Shown: positions 24,187-37,787 of the stretch, piece by piece
Layout of the letters: every line of letters begins with the position of its first letter
Position numbering within the stretch: position 1 is the first letter of the stretch
Source of the DNA: Octopus sinensis
Taxonomy: Eukaryota
Assembly (NCBI RefSeq): GCF_006345805.1
Contig: NC_043023.1
Coordinates: forward strand, 21,018,001-21,082,000
Direction: 5' to 3'
DNA length: 64,000 nt
Made by a program: the position numbers and the translations under genes
Notes under the pieces: generated by a model
Seen by the model: the letters and a program-made list of their open reading frames with translations, nothing else
What the model was told of the DNA's origin: nothing
The model's database searches: none

Positions 24187-27100
24187 GTCAGACCTGATCC
24201 AGACAGGCCTATGATCAAAGATGTTCCAGCTATGACCATCCCGTCTATAATTCAGGCCTAGTGTATCTAGGACTACTTATCTAATGTATAGTACAGGAGT
24301 TTGTAGCTATAGTTGTTTCTTAGCCCTAGGTTTGTCCTGATCCAGACAGGACTATGACCAAAGATGTTCCAGCTGTGACCATCCCTTCTTTTATTCAGGC
24401 ATAGTGTATCTAGGACTACATTATCTAATGTATAGTACAGGAGCCAGTAGCTATAGTTTTTGATTAGCCCTAGGTCTGTCCTGATCCAGACAGACCTATG
24501 ACCAAAGATGTTCCAGCTGTGACCATCCAATCTCTTATTCAAGCCTAGTGTATCTAGGACTACATTATCTAATGTATAGTACAGGAGTTAGTAGCTATAG
24601 TTGTTGCATAGCCCTAGGTCAGTCCTGATCCAGACAGGACTATGACCAAAGATGTTCCAGCTGTGACCATCCCATCTATAATTCAGGCCTAGTGTATCTA
24701 GGACTACATTATCTAATGTATAGTACAGGAGTTAGTAGCTATAGTTGTTGCTTAGCCCTAGATCAGTCCTGATCCAGAGTGGCCTATGACCAAAGATGTT
24801 CCAGCTGTGACCATCCCATCTATAATTCAGGCATAGTGTATATAGGACTACATTATCTAATGTATAGTACAGGAGTCAGTAGCTATAGTTGTTGCTTAGC
24901 CCTAGGTCAGTCCTGATCCAGATAGGCCTATGACCAAAGATGTTCCAGCTGTGACCATCCCATCTATAATTCAGGCATAGTGTATCTAGGACTACATTAT
25001 CTAATGTATAGTACAGGAGTTAGTAGCTATAGTTGTTGCTTAGCCCTAGGTCAGTCCTGATCCAGACAGGCCTACGATCAAAGACGTTCCAGCTGTGACC
25101 ATCCCATCTATAATTCAGGGCTAGTGTATCTAGGACTACATTATCTAATGTATAGTACAGCAGTTAGTAGCTATAGTTGTTGCTTAGCCCTAGGTCAGTC
25201 CTGATCCAGACTGGCCTATGATCAAAGATGTTCCAGCTGTGACGATCCCATCTCTTATTCGAGCCTAGTGTATCTAGGACTACATTATCTAATGTATAGT
25301 ACAGGTGTCAGTAGCTATAGTTGTTGCTTAGCCCTAGGTCAGTCCTGATCCAGACAGGCCTATGATCTAAGATGTTCCAGGTGTGACATCGCATCTATAA
25401 CTCAGGACTAGTGTATCTAGGACTACATTATCTAATGTATAGTACAGGAGTTAGTAGCTATAGTTGTTGCTTAGCCCTAGGTCAGTCCTGATCCAGACAG
25501 GCCAATGACCAAAGATGTTCCAGCTGCGACCATCCCATCTATAACTCAGGCCAAGTGTATCTAGGACTACATTATCTAATGTATAGTACAGGAGTCAGTA
25601 GCTATAGTTGTTGCTTAGCCCTAGGTCTGTCATGATCCAGACAGGCCTATGATCAAAGATGTTCCAGCTGTGACGATCCCATCTCTTATTCAAGCCTAGT
25701 ATATCTAGGACTACATTATCTAATGTATAGTACAGGATTCAGTAGCTATTTTTGTTGCTTAGCCCTAGGTCAGTCCTGATCCAGACAGGCCTATGATCTA
25801 AGATGTTCCAGCTGTGACCATCCCATCTATAATTCAGGCCTAGTGTATCTAGGACTACATTATCTAATGTATAGTACAGGAGTTAGTAGCTATAGTTGTT
25901 GCTTAGCCCTAGGTCAGTCCTGATCCAGACAGACCTATGACCAAAGATGTTCCAGCTCTGACACCGCATCTATAATTCAGGCCTAGTGTATCTAGGACTA
26001 CATTATCTAATGTATAGTACAGGAGTCAGTAGCTATAGTTGTTGCTTAGCCCTAGGTCTGTCATGATCCAGACAGGCCTATGATCAAAGATGTTCCAGCT
26101 GTGACGATCCCATCTCTTATTCAAGCCTAGTATATCTAGGACTACATTATCTAATGTATAGTACAGGATTCAGTAGCTATTGTTGTTGCTTAGCCCTAGG
26201 TCAGTCCTGATCCAGATAGGCCTATGATCGAAGATGTTCCGGCTGTGACCATCCCATCTTTTATACAGGCCTAGTGTATCTAGGACTACATTATCTAATG
26301 TATAGTACAGGAGTTAGTAGCTATAGTTGTTGCTTAGCCCTAGGTCAGTTCTGATCCAGACAGGCCTATGCTCAAAGACGTTCCAGCTGTGACCATCCCA
26401 TCTTTTATTCAGGCCTAGTGTATCTAGGACTACATTATCTAATGTATGGTACAGGAGTTAGTAGCTATAGTTGTTGCTTAGCCCTAGGTCAGTCCTAATC
26501 CAGACAGGACTATGACCAAAGATCTTCAAGCTGTGACATCGCATCTATAATTCAGGCCTAGTGTATCTAGGACTACATTATCTTATGTATAGTACAGGAG
26601 TCAGTAGCTATAGTTGTTGCTTAACCCTAGGTCAGTGCTGATCCAGACAGGCCTATGACCAATATGTTCCTTCTGTGACCATCCCATCTATTATTCAGTG
26701 CCTAGTGTTATCTAGGACTACATTATCTAATGTATAGTACAGGAGTTAGTAGCTATAGTTGTTGCTTAGCCCTAGGTCAGTCCTAATCTAGACAGGACTA
26801 TGACCAAAGATCGTTCAGCTGTGACATCGCATCTATAATTCAGGCTAGTGTATCTAGGACTACATTATCTATGTATAGTACAGGATTAGTAGCTATAGTT
26901 GTTGCTTAGCCCTAGGTCTGTCATGATCCGAGACAGGCCTATGATCAAAGATGTTCCAGCTGTGACGATCCCATCTCTTATTCAAGCCTAGTATATCTAG
27001 GACTACATTATCTAATGTATAGTACAGGATTCAGTAGCTATTGTTGTTGCTTAGCCCTAGGTTAGTCCTGATCCAGACAGGCCTATGATCTAAGATGTTC

Positions 27101-28195
27101 CAGCTGTGACCATCCCATCTATAATTCAGCCTAGTGTATCTAGGACTACATTATCTATGTATAGTACAGGATTTAGTAGCTATAGTTGTTGCTTAGCCCT
27201 AGGTCAGTCCTGATCCAGACAGACCTATGACCAAAGATGTTCCAGCTCTGACATCGCATCTATAATTCAGGCCTAGTGTATCTAGGACTACATTATCTAA
27301 TGTATAGTACAGGAGTCAGTAGCTATAGTTGTTGCTTAGCCCTAGGTCTGTCATGATCCAGACAGGCCTATGATCAAAGATGTTCCAGCTGTGACGATCC
27401 CATCTCTTATTCAAGCCTAGTATATCTAGGACTACATTATCTAATGTATAGTACAGGATTCAGTAGCTATTGTTGTTGCTTAGCCCTAGGTCAGTCCTGA
27501 TCCAGATAGGCCTATGATCGAAGATGTTCCGGCTGTGACCATCACATCTTTTATACAGGCCTAGTGTATCTAGGACTACATTATCTAATGTATAGTACAG
27601 GAGTTAGTAGCTATAGTTGTTGCTTAGCCCTAGGTCAGTTCTGATCCAGACAGGCCTATGCTCAAAGACGTTCCAGCTGTGACCATCCCATCTTTTATTC
27701 AGGCCTAGTGTATCTAGGACTACATTATCTAATGTATAGTACAGGAGTTAGTAGCTATAGTTGTTGCTTAGCCCTAGGTCAGTCCTAATCCAGACAGGAC
27801 TATGACCAAAGATCTTCAAGCTGTGACATCGCATCTATAATTCAGGCCTAGTGTATCTAGGACTACATTATCTTATGTATAGTACAGGAGTCAGTAGCTA
27901 TAGTTGTTGCTTAACCCTAGGTCAGTGCTGATCCAGACAGGCCTATGACCAAATATGTTCCTTCTGTGACCATCCCATCTATTATTCAGGCCTAGTGTAT
28001 CTAGGACTACATTATCTAATGTATAGTACAGGAGTTAGTAGCTATAGTTGTTGCTTAGCCCTAGGTCAGTCCTGATCCAGACAGACCGATGATCAAAGAT
28101 CTTCCAGTTGTGACCATCGAGTCTTTTATTCAGGCCTAGTTTATCTTGGACTACATTATCTAATGTACATTATAGGAGATAGTATTAGTAGCTAC
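24181..28195. repeat. 144-bp tandem satellite, about 28 monomers
   Basis: CCCTAGG unit starts at 24324, 24468, 24612, 24756, 24900 and onward. Confidence 0.97.
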
Positions 28196-28488
28196 AGTTG
28201 TTTAGTAGTAGGTCGCCATTTTGCCGCTATTAACTTGTCATACATTAATCTTTCATAAATATTTTCTGTCGTTAATTAGTTTGAAATTATGTCATTAAAT
28301 CCTCATCAATTTGGGGTTTTGTATTTTGTTGACAAAGTTAGATTGAATTGGGCCAAAAGGTTTCATGTTGTTATTGCCGTTTGGTGGCGGCGGTGGTGAT
28401 GTATGCGGCGGCGGTGGTGCAGACCGTTTTAATTTGTGTGTGTATACATGGGCCTGTATGCGTGGCTGCGCATGCAAGTATATATATA

Positions 28489-29048
28489 CGCAGGAGTTGC
28501 TGTGTGGTAAGTAGCTTTTTTACCAACCACATGTTTCCGGGTTCAGTCCCACTGCGTGGCACCTTGAGCAAGTGTCTTCTACTATAGCCTCGTGCCGACC
28601 AAAGCCTTTTGAGTGGATTTGGTAGACGGAAACTGAAAGAAGCCCATCATATATATAGGCATAGGAGTGGCTATGTGGTAAGTAGCTTGCTTACCAACCA
28701 CATGGTTCCGGGTTCATTCCCACTGCGTGGCACCTTGAGCAAGTGTCTTCTACTATAGCCTCGTGCCGACCAAAGCCTTTTGAGTGGATATGGTAGACGG
28801 AACCTGAAAGAAGCCCGTCGTATATATGTATATATAAGTATATATGTTTGTGTGTCTGTGTTTGTCCCTCCAACATCGCTTGACAACCGATGCTAGTGTG
28901 TTTACGTTCCTGTAAATTAGCGGTTCGGTATAAGAGACCGACAAAATAAGTACTAGGCTTATGAGGAATAAGTTCTGGGGTCGATTTGCTCGACTAAGGG
29001 CGGTGCTCCAGCATGGCCGCAGTCATATGACTGAAACAAGTAAAAGAG
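28489..29048 (+). mobile_element. SINE-A 5' half (28489-28649) followed by a full copy (28658-29048)
   Basis: Head and core repeated twice. Confidence 0.88.
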
Positions 29049-29130
29049 TATATGTAAACACACATACATGTATTATATTTATAAGTGTGTGTATGTGCTT
29101 GTGGGTGTGCGTGTATGTGTGTATGGTTTC

Positions 29131-30298
29131 TGATTACAAATATCTTGGGTTATACATATCTTCATCTGGAAAAGATTTTCTAATTATAAAGGGTATGGCC
29201 TGGTCAGCCTGTAATGATATGCATACGATCTGGTCATCAAATCTAAGTAGAGACTTCAAACTTAAAATCTTCAAAGCCACAGTCGAACCAATTCTACTCT
29301 ATGGCTCAGAAACCTGGACGTTATCAAAGAAGCTTGAGAGGCGGTTGGATGGAACTTCATCATCTGAAAAAGATTTTCTAATTATAAAGGGTATGGCCTG
29401 GTCAGCCTGTAATGATATGCATACGATCTGGTCATCAAATCTAAGTAGAGACTTCAAACTTAAAATCTTCAAAGCCACAGTCGAACCAATTCTACTCTAT
29501 GGCTCAGAAACCTGGACGTTATCAAAGAAGCTTGAGAGGCGGTTGGATGGAACTTCATCATCTGAAAAAGATTTTCTAATTATAAAGGGTATGGCCTGGT
29601 CAGCCTGTAATGACATGCATAAGATCTGGTCATCAAATCTAAGTAGAGACTTCAAACTTAAAATCTTCAAAGCCACAGTCGAACCAATTCTACTCTATGG
29701 CTCAGAAACCTGGACGTTATCAAAGAAGCTTGAGAGGCGGTTGGATGGAACTTCATCATCTGAAAAAGATTTTCTAACTAGAAAGGGTATGGCCTGGTCA
29801 GCCTGTAATGATATGCATAAGATCTGGTCATCAAATCTAAGTAGAGACTTCAAACTTAAAATCTTCAAAGCCACAGTCGAACCAATTCTACTCTATGGCT
29901 CAGAAACCTGGACGTTATCAAAGAAGCTTGAGAGGCGGTTGGATGGAACCTACACGCGCCTCCTTATGAGAGCTCAAAATCTCTCGTGGAAGCGCCATCC
30001 AACCAAAATGCAAATATACGGGAAACTACCACCTGTGTCATCTCTTGTGAAAGGTTGAAGAGTCCAGTTTGCTGGACATTGTTGTAGAGCTGAAAACAAG
30101 GTAATTTCTACTCTTCTCCTCTGGAAGTCATCTGCTCGCGATACCAGAGGGCGCACACTCTCCTACCCTGATGTAATATCCAGCGATACAGGCATCCAAC
30201 AACAGGACCTCCGTAACGCCATGATGGACTGTGAAGTGTGGCGTAACATAGTAAATTCCTTTGTCTCGACCATGGTCGAACAATGATGATGAATGATG
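29131..30298 (+). mobile_element. 5'-truncated RTE-like LINE (second family) with four internal 198-bp tandem copies
   Basis: YKYLG...AWSACN...ILLYGSETWTL repeated four times; tail TGATGATGAATGA. Confidence 0.88.
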
Positions 30299-30555
30299 TA
30301 TGTGTGTGCTCATGACTGAGAATAAGCCAAAGAGCTCGAAATTCAGTCACTCTCGCGATCCTGTTACCTCCTAAAGGGTTATAAGGGTTCACTCCCCTTG
30401 CTAACTTGTATTTACCTCACAGCTATATGGTATATAAAGGGTGCAGATTCATACCGATAACCAGATGGCGGACAATCTGCTTGGGGTTAAACCAGTAGTA
30501 ACACCGAAACAGCCACTTCGAAGTGGCGGCAGAATTTATTATGTATATATATATA

Positions 30556-30972
30556 TTTCTCGCTTTTTATTTTCTCTGTTACTAGTTTCAGTCATTTGAC
30601 TGCGGCCATGCTGGAGCACCACCTTTAGTCGAGCAAATCGACCCCGGGACTTATTCTTTGTAAGCCCAGTACTTATTCTATCGCTCTCTTTTGCCGAACC
30701 GCTAAGTGATGGGGACCTAAACACACCAGCATCGGTTGTCAAGCAATGCTAGGAGGACAAACACAGACACACAAACATATGCACACACATACATATATAT
30801 ATATATATATACGACAGGCATCTTTCAGTTTCCGTCTACCAAATCCACTCACAAGGCATTGGTCGGCCCGGAGCTATAGCAGAAGACACTTACCCAAGGT
30901 GCCACGCAGTGGGACTGAACCCGGAACCATGTGGTTCGTAAGCAAGCTACTTACCACACTGCCACTCCTGCG

Positions 30973-30974
<2 letters not shown>
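30556..30974 (-). mobile_element. SINE-A, full length
   Basis: Reverse complement of the family consensus. Confidence 0.9.
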
Positions 30975-31021
<47 letters not shown>

Positions 31022-31254
31022 GACTACCTATAGGACGATACTTTTACGGATGCTTCTTAAAGTGTCCTTCATTTCGCCATGAAAAGCAGCGCAGGATACT
31101 TGTCTGCTATTTCTGGCACAAGGTTACTGTGCGTTTAGTGATTAAGGGGAGGCAACTGTATAAATACAAGCAATGTATCAGGAAGTTGTCTCCCTTAGAA
31201 AAACCAAGCGAGTCAGAGGGATAAATATGTGATGAGATGACACAGACAGTCAGA

Positions 31255-31497
<243 letters not shown>

Positions 31498-31499
31498 CT

Positions 31500-32720
31500 T
31501 TTTATTGTGGCCACACAGGGCTAAACACAGAATAAAAATGGACGAAATACAACGTAGAGTTTTTTCTTTTCGAAGTGGGATGGGTGGGACAAAAAAAAAC
31601 ACGTTCGATCAATAGGGATCTGTGGGTTGTGTGGTGTATAAAAAAGCAATATATATATATATATATAAGGTTCACAGTTTAGGTGTAGCCTTGGAAAGAA
31701 AAACCTACAAAAAAGACCAAGGTCACCTCAGACAATTCGAAAAAGAACACATGAGTAAGTCGCCTTACTTCTCGTTGTCTCTTTTGGTTACAGATTTATG
31801 CTTAAAATAGTGTCGTCTTTCATACTGACCATTTTTGCCACTTTTACCCACTTTTTATTAAAACATTCGTTCGACAAAGCCTTCCTCTCTATTCTCATCC
31901 TTCTTTTCAAGTGGTACTTGAAAAAGTTGACGAGAGACTGACCAGAGAGGAAGGTGTTTGTTTGCAGTTCTTTCAAACGCGTCCACCACACACATTCTTT
32001 CGCCATAGCCATCAGCGTAACGAAAACCGTTTTCCCTTCCCGTTTAAAGGAAGGTGGTGGAACAATATTCACGATAGACTCGGCCGATAGGCGAGCCCGA
32101 CCTACACGTGACAACAGCTGTTCGACGAAGGACCACAGCTCTGAAATATCTGGACACTGCACGAGTGCGTGCAGAACGGTTTCGTCGCTCTGACCGCATC
32201 TCGGGCAGGTCGGTCCGGTGATGGTTTTCGAACCGTGTCTGTAGCTCTTCTCTCGAACAGGTAGTGCGTCTCGATAGCACTGCCAAGCGAGGGATTTCTG
32301 GAAGTTATCCATAGGCCCCGACCCGAACGTCGTCCTGAACAGGCGGGTTAGGAATTCTTCGTCGACGCCCAGGTTTGCCCCGAGTGTGTCGTCGGACCTC
32401 CCCTCCACTAGTCCTCTATAGAACGCTTTAGTCGTTTGGAAGTTGCACAAGTTTGACCCCGGTCGGCAGAGCTGCTGTAGAGCTTGGCGACACTCTCGGT
32501 GCCAATCGCCCAGTTTCGGTCTCTTCTTGATCCACGTTTGCAGTTCGGTCAGTGAGACGAGCTGCGGGAAGGCGCGCCTCACAAACGGCGCACACACCTG
32601 TTCACCGTCGTCGATGAAGTTCCATAGATGTCGCAGTATCAGCGCATGCCTGCGCATCATCAACCACGGCATGCCCAGTCCTCCATTCAACGGATGTTGA
32701 CAGCAAATGTTTGATTTGCC
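31500..32720 (-). mobile_element. L1/Tx1-clade LINE 3' fragment
   Basis: Open 300-aa ORF 31788-32690 with GGLG.P and zf-RVT-like CPRCGQSDETVLHALVQC; 3' UTR ends at (TATC)n. Confidence 0.85.
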
Positions 32721-32864
32721 TAATAGTGGTTTTATATGTAATTTAATATAATATATATATATATATATATATATTTATACTATAAAATTAGATTTAATCC
32801 TAAATATAGTTTTTCCCTGTAAGTTTGGATTTACTCCCTAATATTATTATTATTATTATATGTA

Positions 32865-32897
<33 letters not shown>

Positions 32898-32898
32898 T

Positions 32899-33095
32899 TG
32901 GGCAATGTCTTCTACTATAGCCTCGGACCGACCAAAGCCTTGTGAGTGGATTTGATAGACGGAAACTGAAAGAAGCCCGTCGTATATAATTATATATATA
33001 TATATATTATATTATATATTATATATATATATATATATATACACTCTTTTACTTTAGTGTAGAAAATCCCCAGGACTTATTACTTTGTAAGCCTA
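32899..33095 (+). mobile_element. Degenerate SINE-A fragment
   Basis: Core CCAAAGCCTTGTGAGTGGATTTG. Confidence 0.7.
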
Positions 33096-33176
33096 TACAT
33101 ATATATCTATATATCTATACATATATACATATTATTACACACACACACACACACCACACACACAACACCACCACAC

Positions 33177-33233
<57 letters not shown>

Positions 33234-33499
33234 ATACATAGTGAAACTAATAAAAAGTATTGAAAGTGAAAAAGATTCAAAGTGCAAACATTATATCACA
33301 TTACAATAGACATGTTATTGTTTCACTTTTGACACGTAATACCGAAATAGTGTAACTCGCATTAAGCGAGAAGTTGAAAATTGTTTTGGCCCATGATACT
33401 CCATGGACCCTGAGTCAGGCATGTGTAAAATTTGAATGAAATCGGTTTGGTAGTTCAAGAGGTTTGGTGATGCACACGTACACACAGACAGATATATCT

Positions 33500-34156
33500 T
33501 TCTTTATTGCACACAGGTGGCTAAACATAGAAGGGACAAACAAGGACAAAGGGATTAAGTCAATTACATCGACCCCAGTGCGTAACTGGTACTTATTTGA
33601 TCGATTCCGAGATATGAAAGGCAAAGTCGACGGAATTTGAACTCAGAACATGAAGACAGACGAAATACGTATTTCTTTACTACCCACAAGGGCCTAAACA
33701 CAGAGAGGACAAACAAGGACAGACAAACGGATTAAGTCAATTATATCGACCCCAGTGCGTAACTGGTACTTTATTTAATCGATGCCGAAATGATGAAAGG
33801 TAAAGTTGACCTCGGTGGAATTTGAACTCATAACATAACGGTAGACGAAATACCGCTAAGCATTTCGCCCGGCGTGCTAACCATTCTGCCAGTTTGAATA
33901 GTACTGCCCAGGTGTAGAAACAATATATTTCTTTACTATCCACAAGGGGCTAAACATAGAGGGGACAAACAAGGACAGACAAACGGATTAAGTCGATTAC
34001 ATCGACCCCAGTGCGAAACTGGTACTGTATTTATCGACCCCGAAAGGATGAAAGGCAAAGTCTGCCACGGCGGAATTTGAACTCAGAACGTAACGTCAGA
34101 GGAAATACCGCTAAGCATTTCGCCCGGCGCGCTAACGTTTCTGCCAGCTCGCCGCC
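33500..34156 (-). mobile_element. SINE-B dimer (33500-33895) plus monomer (33926-34156)
   Basis: Monomer flanked by 18-bp TSD CCAGGTGTAGAAACAATA (33908-33925, 34155-34172). Confidence 0.88.
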
Positions 34157-34277
34157 AGGTGTAGAAACAATAGTGATATCCGAGGGGCAGCTGATGATGG
34201 AGCTATGCTGGATTGTTGGTATGGATGTTATTGTATGTGCGGAATAGTTTTATAACACATCCAACTCGCCACCCTAC

Positions 34278-34569
<292 letters not shown>

Positions 34570-34570
<1 letters not shown>

Positions 34571-34644
34571 CTTTTTTTTTTATTTTATTTTATTTTATCT
34601 AGTTTCAGCGCACGAGCTGTGGCCACGCTGGGGCACCGCCATTT
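34570..34644 (-). mobile_element. Extreme 3' end of a CR1-group LINE with (TAAAA)n tail
   Basis: TGGCGGTGCCCCAGCGTGGCCACAGCTCGTGCGCTGAAACTAGA matches 3981-4024. Confidence 0.75.
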
Positions 34645-34893
34645 ATACACTATCTATATATAATATATACATATACGTCGTGCCTTATTACTTAACACTC
34701 AGCGATTTGAGTCCCACTCATTTAGAAATATATTAATAAATAAATAAATGAGTGGAAATCGAACCGGTGAGTGTGTTAATTAACGAGGCACCTAAAGGAG
34801 AATGGCTCTCCCCAGACACAACAAAATATGATTCGACACACGAATTCACATCAAGAATCTTGCAAACCAAAAACAAAAACGACATATATGTAT

Positions 34894-34948
<55 letters not shown>

Positions 34949-35021
34949 TACACACACACATATATATATATATATACACACACATACACACACACACACA
35001 TATATATATATATACACACAT

Positions 35022-35254
35022 TAAGGCGGCGAGCTGGTAGAAACGTTAGCACGCCGGGCAAAATTCGTAGCCGTATTTCGTCTGTCGTTACGTTCCGAGT
35101 TCAAATTCCGCCGAGGTCGACTTTGCCTTTCATCCTTTCGGGGTCGATAAATTAAGTACCAGTTACGCACTGGGTTCGATGTAGTCGACTTAATACCTTT
35201 GTCTGTCCTTGTTTGTCCTCTCTGTGTTTAGCCCCTTGTGGGCAGTAAAGAAAT
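35022..35254 (+). mobile_element. SINE-B monomer
   Basis: Full head to tail. Confidence 0.9.
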
Positions 35255-35266
35255 ATATATATGTAT

Positions 35267-35317
<51 letters not shown>

Positions 35318-35548
35318 TACACACACACATATATATATATACACACACACACACATACACACACACATATATATATATATACACACACACACATACACAC
35401 ACACATATATATATTTATACATGTGTATAAGGGTTGAATGTGGATTCGTTGTTTAATTGAAGGTTTCCAAACAAAATGTCTAATGTTGATTCTTCATTCT
35501 TTGCTGGGATTTTAGAGGCGTAAATTTGCGAAGATATGGAAGGAATAC

Positions 35549-35754
35549 TTACTCTTTTACTCTTTTACTCTTTTACTCGTTTCAGTCATTTGACTGCGGC
35601 CATGCTGGAGCACCGTCTTTTTTTAATCGAGCAAACTCGACCCCGTGACTTATTCTTTTGTAAGCCCAGTACTTATTCTATCGGTCTCTTTTGCCAAGTA
35701 ACGGGGACATAAACACACCAGCATCGGTTGTCAAGCAATGCTAGGGGGACAAAT

Positions 35755-35814
<60 letters not shown>

Positions 35815-36143
35815 GACGGGCTTCTTTCAGTTTCCGTCTACCAAATCCACTCACAAGGCTTTGGTCAGCCCGAGGCTATAGTAGAAGACACTTGCCCAAG
35901 GTACCACGCAGTGGGACTGAACCCGGAACCATGTGGTTGGTAAACAAGCTACTTACCACACAGCCACCCCTGCACGTATACTACGAGCTTCTTTCAGTTT
36001 CCGTCTACCAAATCCACACACAAGGCTTTGGTCGGCCCGAGGCTATAGTAGAAGACACTTGCCCAAGATGCCACGCAGTGGGACTGAACCCGGAACCATG
36101 TGGTTGGTAAGCAAGCTACTTACCACACAGCCACTCCTACGCC
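35549..36143 (-). mobile_element. SINE-A 5' half (35983-36143) plus full copy (35549-35974)
   Basis: Head and core repeated. Confidence 0.88.
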
Positions 36144-36219
36144 TTATAACGTATGGATTTCTTTTTTGCGGGTTTGTTATAAAGAACAAGGTTTATGGGA
36201 AGAACCTCAAAACAGTAAA

Positions 36220-37687
36220 TCTTTATATATAAAAGTCAAGTTGTGTGTCTGTCTCCTACGATTTAGATTCCTAACTACTCCCACATTTTGCGGTGCAGTT
36301 TAACCAAAACCGGGTATCTTATAGTCGTGATTCATATCGAGCCCTTCTGGGTATTAGCGCGCGTCTACGATGAGTCTACGATTAAAAAAAAAATTTAACA
36401 TCATTTTTTTCCATTTTAATGCATTTTTTCGGTATTATATAAGGGAAGTAACTTTCTAAAAATGTCTACGATGAGTCAACGATTTAAAAAAAAATTACCA
36501 TCATTTTTTATTCCATTTTTAATGCATTTTTTTGCTATAACTCTCTAAAAATGCTTATATAGTTATTTCCCTTACAAACCCGAGCAACGCCGGGCGATAC
36601 TGCTAGTTTATATATCAAAGTGAAGTTGTGTGTCTGTCTCCTACGATTTAGATTTCTAACTACTCCCACATTTTGCGGTGCAGTATAACCAAAACCGGGT
36701 ATCTTATAGTCGTGATTCATATCGAGCCCTTCTGGGTATTAGCGCGTCTACGATGAGTCTACGATTTAAAAAAAAATTACCATCAATTTTTTCCATTTTG
36801 TCGCTATTATATAAGGGATGTAACTCTCTAAAAATGTCTACGATGAGTCAACGATTTAAAAAAAAAATTACCATCATTTTTTATTCCATTTTTAATGCAT
36901 TTTTTTGCTCTAAATCTCTAAAAATGCTAATAAATGCTTATTAGTTATTTCCAAACCCGAGCAACGCCGGGCGATACTGCTAGTCTTATATATAAAAGTA
37001 AGGTTGTGTGTCTGTCTCCTACGATTTAGATTCCTAACTACTCCCACATTTTGCGGTGCAGTGTAACCAAAACTGGGTATCTTATAGTCGTGATTCATAT
37101 CGAGCCCTTCTGGGTATTAGCGCGCGTCTACGGATTTAAAAAAAAATTTACCAATATTTTTTCCATTTTTTTCGCTATTATATAAGGGAAGTAACTCTCT
37201 AAAAATGTCTACGATGAGTCAACGATTTAAAAAAAAATTTACCATCATTTTTTTTTCCATTTTTAATGCATTTTTCTGCTATTTTTTGGCTATAACTCTC
37301 TAAAAATGCTTATATAGTTATTTCCCTAACAGACTCGAGCAACGCCGGGCGATACTGCTAGTCTTTATATATAAAAGTAAGGTTGTGTGTCTGTCTCCTA
37401 CGATTTAGATTCCTAACTACTCCCACATTTTGCGGTGCAGTGTAACCAAAACTGGGTATCTTATAGTCGTGATTAATATCGAGCCCTTCTGGGTATTAGC
37501 GCGCGTCTACGGATTTAAAAAAAAAATTATCAATATTTTTTCCATTTTTTTCGCTATTATATAAGGGAAGTAACTCTCTAAAAATGTCTACGATGAGTCA
37601 ACAATTTCAAAAAAATTTACATCATTTTTTTTCCATTTTTAATGCATTTTTTTCTCTATTATATAAGGGAAGTAACTCTCTAAAAAT
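36220..37687 (+). mobile_element. Head-to-tail array of a non-autonomous Helitron-like element (about 380 bp; 3 full copies plus 1 cut by the gap)
   Basis: A|TC 5' end, 3' hairpin CCCGAGCAACGCCGGG then CTAG at 36603, 36980 and 37358. Confidence 0.82.
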
Positions 37688-37787
37688 NNNNNNNNNNNNN
37701 NNNNNNNNNNNNNNNNNNNNNNNNNNNNNNNNNNNNNNNNNNNNNNNNNNNNNNNNNNNNNNNNNNNNNNNNNNNNNNNNNNNNNNN
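37688..37787. other. Assembly gap (100 N)
   Basis: Run of N. Confidence 1.

Noticed and set aside
24181-28195. Satellite as a CRISPR array, a 48-aa repeat gene or a retrozyme
   Set aside because: No unique spacers or cas genes; typical units have stops in all frames checked; no CTGANGA...GAAA core seen on either strand
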